Origin: Zootoca vivipara
Taxonomy: Eukaryota
DNA length: 64,000 nt
NCBI RefSeq assembly: GCF_963506605.1
Contig: NC_083282.1
Coordinates: 63,302,001-63,366,000, forward strand
Direction of reading: 5' to 3'
Shown here: positions 1 to 12,310 of the stretch, in pieces
How positions within the stretch are numbered: position 1 is the first letter of the stretch
Layout: each line of letters begins with the position of its first letter
The notes under the pieces: model-generated
Told to the model about the DNA's origin: nothing
Databases searched by the model: none
The model's input: the letters and a program-made list of their open reading frames with translations, nothing else
Made by a program: the position numbers and the translations under genes

Positions 1-234
1 TGCTGAGGTTCCAGTCCCACTTGCACGATACTCCATTCCCTCTCTATCAATCCAGCCACCCAAGAATCACTATTATGGACCCACTGGGGATACATAGTCC
101 TCATTTCTCCCTTAAAGTTTTGTTGTTATATCTGCAAATCTTGGTGTTTCCTTGAGCTTTCTTTTCCTGTGTGGATGTTGTTGTTTCGGCTACATAAGAA
201 TCTGCACTCAGAGAGTGAGTTCATTATTAGTATA

Positions 235-346
235 CAGCGGCCTTTCTCAACCTGGTGCTCTCTGGGCACTTTGGACTACAGCTCTCATTAAGCACTGGGA
301 GCTGTAATCCAAAACGCATGAAGGGCACCAGGATGACAGGGTTTTC
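235..346. mobile_element. Degraded Charlie/MER5-like hAT MITE
   Basis: Imperfect palindrome (aacctggtgctctc...ttggactacagctc / gagctgtaatccaaa...gggcaccagg) with the same core as the intact 136-bp MITEs; no clean TSD. Confidence 0.6.
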
Positions 347-1131
347 TATAGGATAGAAATGACAGATTTGGAATAGCCCCAGTGAAGATGCCAGGAGGGG
401 CATTAACCTCCTCTAGCAATGGGCACAAAGTACCTTATTGGCTAGCAAGGTAGCAGGGGCCACACTAGTCTTGAAGATGAATCCCTTCAGGAGCCAATGC
501 ATTCTGGTTTCTCAGGCCAGCAGAACTATTTGCTATATATTTTAATAGCTTGCTTGCTTGTTATGCATTTGGATGTCTGTTAAGGTATTGTGACCAAAAT
601 TTGCATGTTGGTTCCTGAGATCAAGGAGCAGGTTTCTGTCTATGTTTGGAGACAATTGGATGTACTTTTGAATCAAGATGGTGGACTGAACCATTGAAAA
701 CTGCACTGATTGTAACCACTGAATTTTTTGTTTTGTTTGTTAGCATTGTCAGGCAACACTAGGGTACAAGGCTCCAAACAGGTCACAAAACAGAAGTCCT
801 CATGAAATTGTTTAGGTTTGGCTTCATATATTTGTATGGGATTATTTGAGCCCCAAATATATTTTCCTTTCTGGGGAAGCCTTTGAGCTAGAGGGCACCT
901 GCAGAATCTGGCAAATGCTCAGAAAAAGCAGTTATAGTTATCAAAGCCATTGTTTAGAAATATTTATTCCTGAGCCAATTCTCAGCAGCAAGAGGGAACA
1001 AGATAGCTTTTCTCAGTGATGTTACAACAAACTCAGGACCTTGGATAACCAAGTTCAGCTTACAGTGAAGGGCTACTCCTTTGCTAAAATTCTGAACTTA
1101 GAGCTGAAGTTTTCCGTTGCTCCACAGTAAA

Positions 1132-1320
1132 GTACCAGCACCAATGGGTGGGAATCGTAGAGAAGCAGCCTACGGTGGAGAAATACTAGGAGAAGCTTCC
1201 TGATAGCAAGAGCTTTCCAGCAGTGGAACAGACTTCTGCAAGAGGCTCTCCTTCATTGGAAGGCATTTAGGCAGAGGTGAAGGTGCATCCTGCTTTGAGC
1301 AGGGGATCGGGATAGATCAG
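1132..1320 (+). mobile_element. CR1 LINE 3' fragment (degraded)
   Basis: Resembles the CR1 ORF2 C-terminal DNA (ttcctgatagcaagagc...cagcagtggaacagact...tctccttcattgga) and 3' UTR (tcctgctttgagcagggg). Confidence 0.65.
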
Positions 1321-1680
1321 AAGTAACCAATATGATGCCTTCCAGTTACTATGGACTACAGCTCCCTTCATCCCTGACTATTGTAGTTCAAAACATCTGA
1401 ATGACATCATTTTGGCTCCCCAGACTAAACACCCTCTGAGGTCTGTTTCAACTCTAAAATTCTGTGATGACATGGCCTGGGATTGCTGTGCTGCCATGAG
1501 TGCCATCATTATATCACATGTCAAGCTGACATAATGGGATAATGCTGATATCGGAGCGGGATGTAGCATGAGTTGTCCATATTTTAGTCACACTAGCACA
1601 ACTGGATGGACAACTTCAACATATCAGAGCCATAATTTTAGTACAGCTTGGTCCTTTGCACTCTTATTTGTCCACAACAT

Positions 1681-1770
1681 CTAGAATTCATAGGGGTCAT
1701 AGAATTGTAGACTTGCAAGTGACCCAAATGGTCACATTATCCAACCCCCTACAATGCAAGAATCACAGCT
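1681..1770 (-). mobile_element. CR1 3' terminal fragment
   Basis: tcatagaattgtagact...tccaacccc is the reverse complement of the CR1 end with an ATTCTATG-type tail. Confidence 0.6.
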
Positions 1771-2039
1771 GTCCTTAAATATTGTCTTTGAACATTGAGG
1801 GCTGGAGTCAACTAAATAGTTGAGGTAGCATGAGCCAGTGCAATGAGTGCTGCTAGTGTGATAGGGATTTCCACCTGCCCCTGTGTGTGTCCCCCAATTG
1901 GCTTGGGAGGGGACACCTCAGTACAGTGCACAATGGGAGATTATTTCATCGGGCAGGCAGAAATGCTTGCACTTATGGAATGATCATGATAGTGCAACAT
2001 TGAATTCCCCCCAGAGGTTCCACCTAGTTCCTATAGCTA

Positions 2040-2346
2040 ATGTACATCATGGACCCTATCACCCAAATGTTGACCTAGACCACCACCTCAGGAACCCTCA
2101 TGCCAAATTTAGCAATGATATTTAAAAAAACAAGCCGAACCTGTCAAAATGGGTGAAGTCATGCCAAAGTGATTTTTCAGTCCTTCATCTAGATTCAAAA
2201 TGGCATTCAGCATCCAAACATCTATGAATACCACTGTCCTCACCTTGGGAACCCTTGTGCTGAGTTTGGGGGTGATATCTCAAGAGGCATCTGAACACAT
2301 AGAGAACACACAGAAGCACAAATGATTTCCCAAAAGATATAGTAGA
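2040..2346 (-). mobile_element. Possible non-autonomous Helitron 5' part
   Basis: Minus strand begins A|TCTACTATATC, a Helitron-like TC start after A, followed by ccaaact/ccaaattt-type subterminal motifs. No clear 3' hairpin/CTAG found; left boundary approximate. Confidence 0.4.
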
Positions 2347-2427
2347 TACTGCCATCAAGTCCAGATAACACATGCTGGAACATGCCCAAGAACCTTTGCC
2401 CTTTTCTCTAATGTGTTTTCACTAGAG

Positions 2428-2543
2428 CAGTCTTCCCTAACCTTATGTCTCTAGATGTTTTGGATTATACTTTCTATCAGCCAGAGCCAGCACAGCACCA
2501 TATAGTCCAAAACATCTAGAGGTCACCCGGTTGGGGAAGGTTG
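2428..2543. mobile_element. Degraded Charlie/MER5-like hAT MITE
   Basis: Inverted arms cttccctaacc...tctagatgttttgga / tccaaaacatctaga...ggttggggaag. Confidence 0.65.
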
Positions 2544-3283
2544 CTCTGGTGAAATGTATGATTATAAAGGTTTTTTTTACCACAAATTTTATTTCCAGCC
2601 AAGAAAATTAACTTGGACTGTGATTAGTCAAAGTGTTTGCCATTTCTAGCTTCTGTGTGATCTTGATGGCTATCTTTGCACTTTCTGGGAACTCATGAAT
2701 AGCCTGGACTGTCCTTAGTGGCAAGCCAACACTATATTTTAGCCATCATTAAAGGGCAATGGAACAACGAGGACAACATGTTTGTCATCTTCTCGACTAT
2801 TATGAGCTGATTCACCACTGCTGTGTCATAAGGCAAACAAGACCTCTGTAAGGAGCCTATTGCATCTTGAAAGCAATGACAATATTGAAAGGATGGAATT
2901 ACCTCTAGGCCAGAGGAGGGCAGACTTCAGGCTTCCAGGTTCTATTTTTTCTATTACTTGAGCCATAAAATCCAGCAACCCTGGTAGAAGAACCTGCCAA
3001 TTAAAAAAAGGTCATGCAAAAGTGCAGACGCAGGCCATTGAGTCTCAGCTTCCACAGCCATTGCCCACCATGAGCCACCATTGGCAGGGTTGACAGCAGA
3101 AGCAGCAGATATTTTATTCTCCTGCCAATTATGCTGTTTGAAATGTGCATTTTATATTTGACTTCCTTTAGTAATGTTTTGTTTTGAAATGCTCAAGATA
3201 ATATTTTAATTTCCTGTTAATTGTGTTGCTTAGAACGTATACTTTATATTTGGTTTTGTTTAGTAATGTGTCAGGGTTGTTGT

Positions 3284-3483
3284 NNNNNNNNNNNNNNNNN
3301 NNNNNNNNNNNNNNNNNNNNNNNNNNNNNNNNNNNNNNNNNNNNNNNNNNNNNNNNNNNNNNNNNNNNNNNNNNNNNNNNNNNNNNNNNNNNNNNNNNNN
3401 NNNNNNNNNNNNNNNNNNNNNNNNNNNNNNNNNNNNNNNNNNNNNNNNNNNNNNNNNNNNNNNNNNNNNNNNNNNNNNNNNNN
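3284..3483. other. Assembly gap (200 N)
   Basis: Run of N. Confidence 1.
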
Positions 3484-3699
3484 GCAAAGCTGTAGCTGCA
3501 ATAAATACCTTTCCTGGCTGGTTTTGTTTCCTGGTCTTCACAGCCATAAGAACATAAGGTTAGCCAATCTAGTCCAGCTTCCTGTTCTCACAGGAGCCAA
3601 CCAGATGGCCATGGGAAATGCAAAATCAGTCCTGTCTTGCAACAGGGTGAAACAAACTACTTCAGTTGCCACTTTGGGGAGTGGATGGGTATTTTCAGA

Positions 3700-3960
3700 G
3701 TGGTATGTCCTCTGGTTATCTCCTACTTGGATTACTGCAATGTGCTCAGGGCCGGCTCTACATAGACCCCCGGTGGCGCAGTGCACCACGGCGGGGGGCT
3801 GGTAAGCTGGGCGCTGGCCTGGCAAGGAGGGCGCCGCGCGGAAACCAATTGCTCCCTGCGAGGGCGGGGCGGGCGGCGGAGTGATCTCCGCCCCTCAGCA
3901 CCAGGGCGCGCGATCTGCTCAAGACGGCCCTGAATGTGCTCTATGTGAGGCTACCTTTGA
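3700..3960 (+). mobile_element. L2 ORF2 fragment interrupted by a hAT MITE
   Basis: With 3747-3940 removed the sequence reads LVISYLDYCNVLYVRLPL, matching the L2 LV.SRLDYCN.LY.GLP motif. Confidence 0.65.
3747..3932. mobile_element. GC-rich hAT MITE (CAGGGCC termini)
   Basis: TIRs cagggccg...cggccctg; perfect 8-bp TSD aatgtgct at 3739-3746 and 3933-3940. Confidence 0.92.
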
Positions 3961-4007
3961 TGGGCCGGCCCTGACTTTGGGGAAGGTTGCTGCATGTCTC
4001 TGTACAC

Positions 4008-4143
4008 CAGGCATCCCCAAACTCCGGCCCTCCAGATGTTTTGGACTACAATTCCCATCATCCCTGACCACTGGTCCTGTTAGCTAGGGATCATGGGAGT
4101 TGTAGGCCAAAACATCTGGAGGGCGGCAGTTTGGGGATGCCTG
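4008..4143. mobile_element. 136-bp Charlie-type hAT MITE, subfamily A
   Basis: TIR caggcatccccaaact...agtttggggatgcctg; perfect TSD ctgtacac at 4000-4007 and 4144-4151. Confidence 0.95.
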
Positions 4144-5531
4144 CTGTACACTAATATGCAACTGAAGACAGACCATGTTGCACAGACCATTCCTGCTTTG
4201 TATTTGATTATGCTGCTGGCAAAGACTTTTGTCTGCTATGTTTCAGCTGTGAACGTCATTTTTTTTTATCTCTATTGCTTTTTAAAAAATGTTCTGTATC
4301 TCATGTATTTTTATTGTCTTTATTTTGTTTTATGGGCATATTTTGTAGCCTGCACTTTAAATTGTTGTCAGTCACCTGGAGTGGTTCATGAGCCGAACAA
4401 GGTGGGATGTCCATTTTTTCATATATAAAGAAAGAAATTTAAATTCAGGCGCAAGAGAGTATCTAGGATAGTAAAGTTCTGGAATCTCACCCACCCCAGC
4501 CCAAACATCTTTTTGAAGTAATTCTTGAACTAGTTAAAAGGTACTCTTTTTGCCTCACAAAAATAACTTGCACTAAAACTGTTTTCAGGGAAGCAGGGTT
4601 TTTGGATGCAAATGTTTTAGAAGAGAAACACATGTGCTACACTCGGCCTGTGTTCTTTATGAGATGTTTTTGAGCTGCTTCACATCGTAAGAGGAGTCCA
4701 TAGATGGCAGGGACAGCCATGGGTAGGAGCAGAAGAAGATGGTTGCCATTCCACGATAGTCTCCTTTTCTGCAAGGGAGACCAAAGAGGTGAGGCAACTA
4801 AGGTACCACCTAGGACTGTAGTGGCATCAACTGCAAATTAAAAAGACTTCTAGTGCAGCTTTGGCCATCCTGGGGCCCTCAAAATGTTTTGGACTACAGC
4901 TTCCATGAGCACATACAGCTGCACTGCCTGAGGCTAGGGATAGTTGCAGCTGTCAGTTTTGGACAGTTTTGGACTTGGCTTCTTATTTCCCCACTCTTCA
5001 CTTCTCCCTTTCACTTTGAAACTATTATTTTTTTCAAAGAAAGCCCTCAAGAAAACTCATTGGCATTTTAGTGTGAATTTCTCCTAAAATACACATTTTT
5101 TGTCTGGGATTTTTGCTTTTTGTATGCTATTTTCACAATCCCAATATATGCATTTTTCTACACATCATAACTGCACTGCAGAAATAAGAAGTGCAGATTT
5201 TTTTTAATATTAAAAACATTATTAAAAGATTTTCTTGGGTAGCAAAAGTACCGGTACATACAGCGCCTCTGTTTTCAATACATAAGAGTCTACAGACCAG
5301 GTTTGACAAATGGTGGTGGGTTTCACGTATTGTGTTGGAAAGTTTGAATGAGGTAAGATTAAATGTGAACTAATTTCATTTCCCCCCTCATGCCTAGCTG
5401 AAGTTTATAGGAGTTGTAGCCTAAAACATCCGGAAGGCAACAGATTGGCAAAGGGAATTCTAGTGTATCAGCCATTAAGCTGAACATTGTGGCCTTCAAA
5501 AGAAGGCATTTATAAGGCACCCCAAAGCAGA

Positions 5532-5908
5532 NNNNNNNNNNNNNNNNNNNNNNNNNNNNNNNNNNNNNNNNNNNNNNNNNNNNNNNNNNNNNNNNNNNNN
5601 NNNNNNNNNNNNNNNNNNNNNNNNNNNNNNNNNNNNNNNNNNNNNNNNNNNNNNNNNNNNNNNNNNNNNNNNNNNNNNNNNNNNNNNNNNNNNNNNNNNN
5701 NNNNNNNNNNNNNNNNNNNNNNNNNNNNNNNNNNNNNNNNNNNNNNNNNNNNNNNNNNNNNNNNNNNNNNNNNNNNNNNNNNNNNNNNNNNNNNNNNNNN
5801 NNNNNNNNNNNNNNNNNNNNNNNNNNNNNNNNNNNNNNNNNNNNNNNNNNNNNNNNNNNNNNNNNNNNNNNNNNNNNNNNNNNNNNNNNNNNNNNNNNNN
5901 NNNNNNNN
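5532..5908. other. Assembly gap (377 N)
   Basis: Run of N. Confidence 1.
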
Positions 5909-6030
5909 AACAGAAAAATTCAAACTGAGAGTACAAAATACATAAGACAAAAACAAACCAACAACTCACATTAATATTATTTATTAAATGAGAGAAACTT
6001 TAGCAACAGAAACACAACACAAATCCTATT

Positions 6031-6330
6031 TGGCCCTGTATACATGAAGGAGCCTCTCCACCCCCATTATTAAGCCCGGACACTGAGATCTAGCTCTGAG
6101 GGCCTTTACAGGAAACCAGGCTGAGTGCCTTCTCGGTAGTGGCGCCTGCCCTGTGGAACGCCCTCCCATCAGATGTCAAGGAAATAAACAACTATTTGAC
6201 TTTTAGAAGACAGCTAAAGGCAGCCCTGTTCAGGCAAGTTTTTAATGTTTGATGTTGTATTGTCTTAATTTGTTGGAAGGCACCCAGAGTGGCTTGGGGA
6301 ACCCAGTCAGATGGGCAGCACATAAATAAT
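6031..6330 (+). mobile_element. L2 LINE 3' fragment
   Basis: Same family as 28111-29015: gccttctcggtagtggcgcctgccctgtggaacgccctcc, then 3' UTR ggaaggcacccagagtggcttggggaacccagtcagatgggcagc. Confidence 0.85.
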
Positions 6331-6714
6331 TGGTGGTGTTGATGTACAAATAGCAAACATATTTTATAAGTGTGGCTCCTTAAGAAGCTGAAAAGTGCCC
6401 CATTCATGCTCAAGAAGGAGATGTCAGCAGACTTGGAGAAATGTGAAGGTTTGGAAAAACTGTTGTGGGGGGGGGGGACCTTAAAAGCGGGTGAGGTAAC
6501 AGCTTGGTGATGAGTGAGCTAACTCACTGGGCACTGAATATGGACTGACTGTTGCCAGGGGTGGAGATCAGAAAACACTGGGTAGGAAAGGAATGGAGTA
6601 TTTTGGAAAGGGGCATGGCTGGCTGGCATCCTGAACAGGAGCTCTCCACACCATAACATTTTTTTGCAGGTCCCACTTGTATCACGTAACACTGTTACTA
6701 GCATAAAAATATTT

Positions 6715-7492
6715 GTGTGTGGAGACCCTTTTACCCAGCCTAGAAATAAATTCAGACATGACTCAAATTTTGGTTTGGTTTTTGGCAGAATTTAGGCAAC
6801 AACTTTAGTGATTACAAATCAAGTGAGTGGTTGCATAGGCTCTGGTTCAAAAGCTACCTACGGTAGCGCTGACTCTGGTAGCACCATGAGTCAGCCTGGG
6901 TGAACACCTGGGAAGGGAGCCAGTCAGATGACTGAGCCCAGGTCCACCCAGATGCACCCTGAACTCTGGCTCAGGGCACAACCCCTATCGGGGAAGACCA
7001 ACCATGAGTCCTAGGATTCCTTTTACAGGAATACCCATGCATAGGGTTGGCTAGGAATCCTGCCACCCCTATCAACCAGAACCAGAGTCTATCCGCCAAC
7101 CTTACAAGTTGTGTCAATTTGCTCCGCGGCAGGCAAAACCCAAGTGGCAACAGCCAATCAGCCAAGTGGGGGAAATTCCTGCCGTGCCCCTGTCCCAACG
7201 ACAGGCGACACACGATGGCATAGCAAGGTCAAGCGCAAGCCCTAAAATTAGGGAGAGGTGGGCGGGTGTTCCGATGCACTGTGACCCAAAAAGAGGATCT
7301 CGAGGGTCACGTGCAGCAGTTAAATAGTGGTCCCTCTGACTCTTATGACTGGCATGCCCTTCACCCAATTGCTCCCTGTCAGAGGGACCACCAATAGGGT
7401 GTTGTGGCTGCTCCAATTGTCCCCGCCCCAAAACCTAGGCCTGATTGCCGGGTCCCACCACAACGCATGCCCTCTCTTGCAGGGAGGACCTG
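6715..7492 (-). mobile_element. LTR-like (possibly Ngaro/DIRS-type) terminal repeat with promoter motifs
   Basis: In minus-strand order: GC box (7421-7429), three CCAAT motifs, TATTTAA (7320-7326), several hairpins, and a degenerate poly(A) signal (actaaagttg) near the far end. No TSD found; boundaries approximate. Confidence 0.45.
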
Positions 7493-7744
7493 ATTTGTCA
7501 GTTAAATTGATTGATTCTGGAACATTTGTAACCAGTGGGAAAAAAACACTGGTGCATTTTGTCTTCATAACAGCCCAGTGCAGTGGGTCATCACTACTTG
7601 CAGAGGAAGAAATGGGGTGAGATGGAAAGATTTGATGGAAACAAATTTACTATTCCTTCAGAATTTGAACAGAGGCCTTCCAGCTCAAAATCCAAGATTT
7701 GTACTGCATGAACAATACTCAGAATGATGGGAAATAGAACTGGC

Positions 7745-7878
7745 CATAGAATCATAGAATTGGAAGAGACCACAAGGGCCATCCAGTCCAACCCCCTGCC
7801 AAGCAGGAAACACCATCAAAGCATTCTTGACATATGGCTGTCAAGCCTCCGCTTAAAGACCTCCAAAGAAGGAGACTT
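7745..7878 (-). mobile_element. CR1 3' terminal fragment
   Basis: atagaatcatagaattggaagagaccacaagggccatccagtccaacccc is near-identical to the CR1 end at 38505. Confidence 0.9.
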
Positions 7879-8927
7879 TTAGGCTGGAATTGAAGGAAGA
7901 CCGCCCCCCTGACACACCCACCCACACCCACACCCACACCAAAAACATAGGCAATGGAGATGTGGGAGGGGGCAAAGATCTTCCCCTCTGCCATCAGTAA
8001 TAGAGGGCACACCATTTGGAGTCCTTGTAATACGAGGGGTTATATTAATCTAAACATGAAATACATTGATTATTTTTTTAAGCCACATAGTTTTGCATTT
8101 GTTTTTAAAGAGTCAGCAGACATGTATAGTTTTTATTCCTATGTCAATTTCATTTTTTCCTGGCTGGTTGTCTGCCGTTGAGCTCCAGGTACAAAAACTG
8201 GCTGTACAAAGCTACCAGCACGTTCTGCATGACTGTATGAGAGGCAGAGGGAGGGGAGAGAGAAATTATAATTTATCACAGGGTTGAAGGAAGAAGCAAG
8301 CAGTGAGAGAGATGCCATAAAAGGGGATGAAGTGCCCAAAATTTCATTTTAAGTCTGAGATGCTTTAATCTACATGTCAAAAATGTACAGGTATCTGTCT
8401 TCCGGAGGGGAGATTCCACTCAATAGCTATTTAATGTATGCCATTCTTTAGATAGAAGCTTGCTATCTTTTGAGTCTTTGAATTGATTCACATGGCAGTT
8501 GGACTCTTTAATTTCATCCTGCATTGCTTGAATCTGTATGTAGCAAAGTAACTTTGTGCATGTAAGCATTCTTCATTTCAGCAGCTGAGTTAGATGGGAT
8601 GAGTGATTTTGTTGCTGTTCTTAAATAACTGGGAGATAGAAGCCCTTGCCAATCTACTGCAGATCACCCAGCAATTTGCCAGTAGATTCCAAACTACCTT
8701 GCACACCCTTGCCCTAAACTATATAATATGGGTATGTTTATGCTGTAAGGTCCTTGGATAGAGAGTAAACAGTTTGATCGGTTTGCCAAGTGCTTTCTCT
8801 CCCTCTGGAATCCTCTTGTAGAGGGTTTGGGACACATTAATTTTATTTGCCTAGCTCATTTTCCAGAAATGCACAAACTCATTTCAATTGCCTCTCTAAA
8901 AAGATGAGCAAATGATGCTTAGATAAA

Positions 8928-8946
8928 TCCCACTAGAGGGCACTTG
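8928..8946 (+). promoter_or_regulatory. Candidate CTCF binding site
   Basis: CCACTAGAGGGCAC at 8930-8943 fits the CTCF core consensus; not in a recognised repeat. Confidence 0.55.
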
Positions 8947-10410
8947 AGCTGTATTCAAATAAGAGGCATCGGAGGGGACTATTGAAGACTAGCTCTTTAC
9001 AAACCTACCCTGTGAAACTAGATGTCAAATATTCACCAGATGTTCTGTGGACATTCATACGCATGCAGAATATTCAGCAGATATTTGACATTCAATCATA
9101 TTTGCAACCATTTGCAAATTCTTTTAGCTTTTCTCATAAGACTCCTCACTTGGTTGTGATAGTTCCCTTTAGGTGAAAATATGCAGCAACTGTAACTAAA
9201 ACCCCGAGCAAGTTTAAAGGCTGTGCTACATTCCATGTCTAATACTGTGCCATAGCTGTGGATCTCTATTCTGTCTTTTTAAAGAATAGCTATTTACATT
9301 TCATTCAGTTCCTATTGTGAGTTCAGCATCCCAATTAGGATGCTCCTCCCAGTTTGGCAAAATTCCCTCATGGTGCAGTCCTATACATGTCTACTGAAAG
9401 TAAGTCCCATTGAATCAAACTTTCTCCCTGGTAAAGTTGTATAGGATTGCAGTTTTAGAGACACCCATCAAATCAAGAAACTGGCAATTCTCCCAAATGT
9501 TCAGTATCCAAATGTTGTTTGGATTGCTAACCCATTGAATGGGAGGACAAACCATTCTGCCTTGACTGACTAAGCTGCAGTTGTTGGAGAGAATGAAAGC
9601 TGAGAAACGTCCCACTTCAGTTTTCCCCCTAAAAATTAGAATAAGTGGATAGTGTTGGCTTGTATGCTTTGCGGGTATTTCATTCTCACTGGTTATACAT
9701 AAGGTTTCTGTTTGGGCTTGGATTTGTTTGTTTAAACATTTCTGCAAACATCCAGTGACCTTTAACAATGCCATGAGTACTACCTAAAGGAACTTTTCAT
9801 CTTACTCAGAGACATGATATGTCGTATTAAGAACTCCTGATGAACTGTTTGAGCATTTATACTTATTTGCGTGCACAAAACTTACACAGATGCTAGATTA
9901 TATATGTTGAGTATTCAGTTTTTTTTACTTTTAAAAAATATTTTAATTTTTTGTAATATAACTTACATTAAATTATGTACAGTATATAAATTTAAATGGA
10001 TAGAATGTACAAAAATTAGTGATTGACAAGTGTAGTAAAGTAATACAGGTATTTCCAAAAAAGGCACATTGTCCTGATCAGAAAATGAGATTTATACATC
10101 TCTACGTGTTCCTTCACACAATTTAAAATCGTAACCAGGTTGTAAAATATAGTTTGGGCTTCCAATACAATAAAATGATTACAAATAATCACAACAAATA
10201 TTTCCATAGAAAACATAGATTGGATAGGGGAGGTATTTCAATCATGATCTTTGTTAGCCACCTATTTTATAAAACAAAACCACTTTTGTAAATATTGAGC
10301 ATTCATTCTGATTTGTTGGCAGGGCACCTACATGAGAAGAAGCATTTAGTTGGCATTCATCTGATTTGCTTGCAGGTGTTGGGCAATACGCACCAACCGA
10401 GTGGCAACAG

Positions 10411-10803
10411 TGGCAGGGTTGACGAAATAACAAAGTCGTCTTCAGTATCTTTGCTTGCTTTTATTTACAATTATATACAACACACTCCTCTACTCCTTTC
10501 CTCTCATTTCACAATACATCCATAGCTGCCAAGTTATCCCTTTTTTAAAGGGATTTTCCCTTATGCTGAATAGGCTTCCTCGCGAGAAAAGGGAAAACTT
10601 GGCAGCTATGATACATTCACCACCACACCCATGAACCATTTGGGTAGCTTAAATACAGAATTCAAAATAGTCAATTACCCAATCACATTACAGTAAGCAA
10701 ACTCTACCTTCAATTATTCAAATTAGCAAAAGCTCACAGGTGTGTTACTATTCAGATCAAGGTTACAAACACACATCTCTGTGTAGCACCATTGACCACA
10801 CCA
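10411..10803 (-). mobile_element. LTR-like remnant
   Basis: Minus strand has gattgg (CCAAT), tatttaag and aataaa in U3-R-U5 order within about 300 bp; termini and TSD ambiguous. Confidence 0.35.
10521..10610. mobile_element. 90-bp MITE with CATAGCTGCCAAGTT termini (hAT-like)
   Basis: 15-bp TIR catagctgccaagtt/aacttggcagctatg; imperfect TSD (atacat core on both sides); near-identical copy at 46854-46944. Confidence 0.9.
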
Positions 10804-10984
10804 GTCTTAAAGGAGAAACCTAACAGCAGGTTATTTGTCTTCCCATTGATTGATCGATCATTCATTCCACACTTTTCAGTGTATTTCCCTGTCACTTTCC
10901 TAACTGCTAAAAGCTCATTTCTTTTAAAGTGTTGTACTGGGGCACAAAGTGCTTGAATCCCTCCTGCAAAATACCGACTGAAGG

Positions 10985-11380
10985 CATGCCAAATCCAATA
11001 AGGAAAGGCTGAAGGAGTCGGGGATCTTCAGTTTGGAGAAAAGACAATTGAGGCAATATGGAAAAGATTTGTTCTCAGTTGCTCCTGAGGGAACCAATGG
11101 GTTCAAATGATGAGAAAGATTACCAAAACTGAAGGAATTTTTTTTATTTTGCTTCGACTCAGACCAACACGGCTACCTACCTGTAACAAAAATTCTCTCT
11201 TGGTAGAATAAACTGTCCCACAAAGTGGTGGGCTCTCCTTTGCTAGGTGGCCAACTGTCCTCTGCTAAAAAAAAAAAAAACATCTAACAAGGATGCTGTA
11301 AACAGTATAGATTTGCTACATTGGCAGGGGGTTGGATTGGATGCACTTTGTGGTCCTGTCTAGCTCTGTGATTATATTCT
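10985..11380 (+). mobile_element. Degraded CR1 3' fragment
   Basis: gaaaggctgaaggagtcggggatcttcagtttggagaaaagacaattgagg ([16 protein letters not shown]-like), gtggtgggctctcctt, ggcagggggttggattggatg. Confidence 0.75.
11140..11187 (+). mobile_element. Short Penelope-like element terminus inside CR1
   Basis: ttttattttgcttcgactcagaccaacacggctacctacctgtaac resembles the cagac(c/t)aacacggctac end of sauropsid Penelope-like elements and interrupts the CR1. Confidence 0.55.
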
Positions 11381-12023
11381 TCTTGTTTAGGTTGCTGTTT
11401 TTCTTTGCAAAAGGCCGTAGGCCATTATCCCCCATCTGCTAAAAGCAGGAACAGGTTTTGCAGAGCTTGAGATGCTATCTGGTAGACTGAATGGAACTTC
11501 TTGTGGCCTGGACCTCATCTTTCTGCAATTGAAGGCTGAGCCTGGTGCACCTTTAGGGTTGGCACTGGGGCCTTATCCCCAGGCACTGGAATCTTGGAGT
11601 GGACTTCAGCACTGAAGTGTCTGTTTGGCATTCCTGCGCCCGGCTTTTTTGTTGTTGCAGAATATGATGTTAAGGAGTGGCTGAAGCCAGATGGAACCAT
11701 GCAGCACAATTCAAAATTCATTTCAAACAGATGATATTAATACATCACTAAAGCAAGCTTCACAGAGGAATGGACCCAAGTTGCAGCCAGCCAGCATCAT
11801 AGGACAGGCTTCTTTTCCAATAATACGTTCCTTCCCGTGATGGCAGACATAAACCTGTGTTCTGCAACTGTTTCTAATTCATTGCCCGTTTTGCTTGCCA
11901 GTTGGACAATGAGACATAAGGCTTTCACGTTAGCATTTTAGGTTTCCAGGACCCGTGCTCTAGGAAAACATTCCTTGGTTCAGCCTTTCAGGCTACTGCC
12001 ATAGGTGCTTCCTAGGACTCAAA

Positions 12024-12310
12024 TATAGGAAGCTGCCTTATACTAGCTCAGAATACTTGTCCAGCTAGCTCAGCATAATCTACTCTAGCATCCCCAACTT
12101 GGTGCCCTCCAGATGTTTTGAACTACAAATCCCATCAGCCCCATCCAGATGGGAGTGGCAGCCCAACTTCCTGGCAGTAGCTCTCCAGGTTCCTAGACAG
12201 TGGACTGTCCCCTCTCCTGCTGTTTGATCCTATTGACTGGAGATGCCAAGGATCAAATCTTGGGAGATTCTGAACACAACATTTGCTCTGCCAGTGCACT
12301 CTGGTCCATC
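12024..12310 (-). mobile_element. Old tRNA-derived SINE with CR1-like tail (Squam3-like), containing a MITE remnant
   Basis: ataggaagctgccttatact tail, the reverse complement of the tail type at 30150-30175; Charlie MITE remnant at about 12088-12170. Confidence 0.55.

Noticed and set aside
3221-5969. Long ORFs containing X runs (also 36384-36768)
   Set aside because: Artefacts of translating through N gaps.
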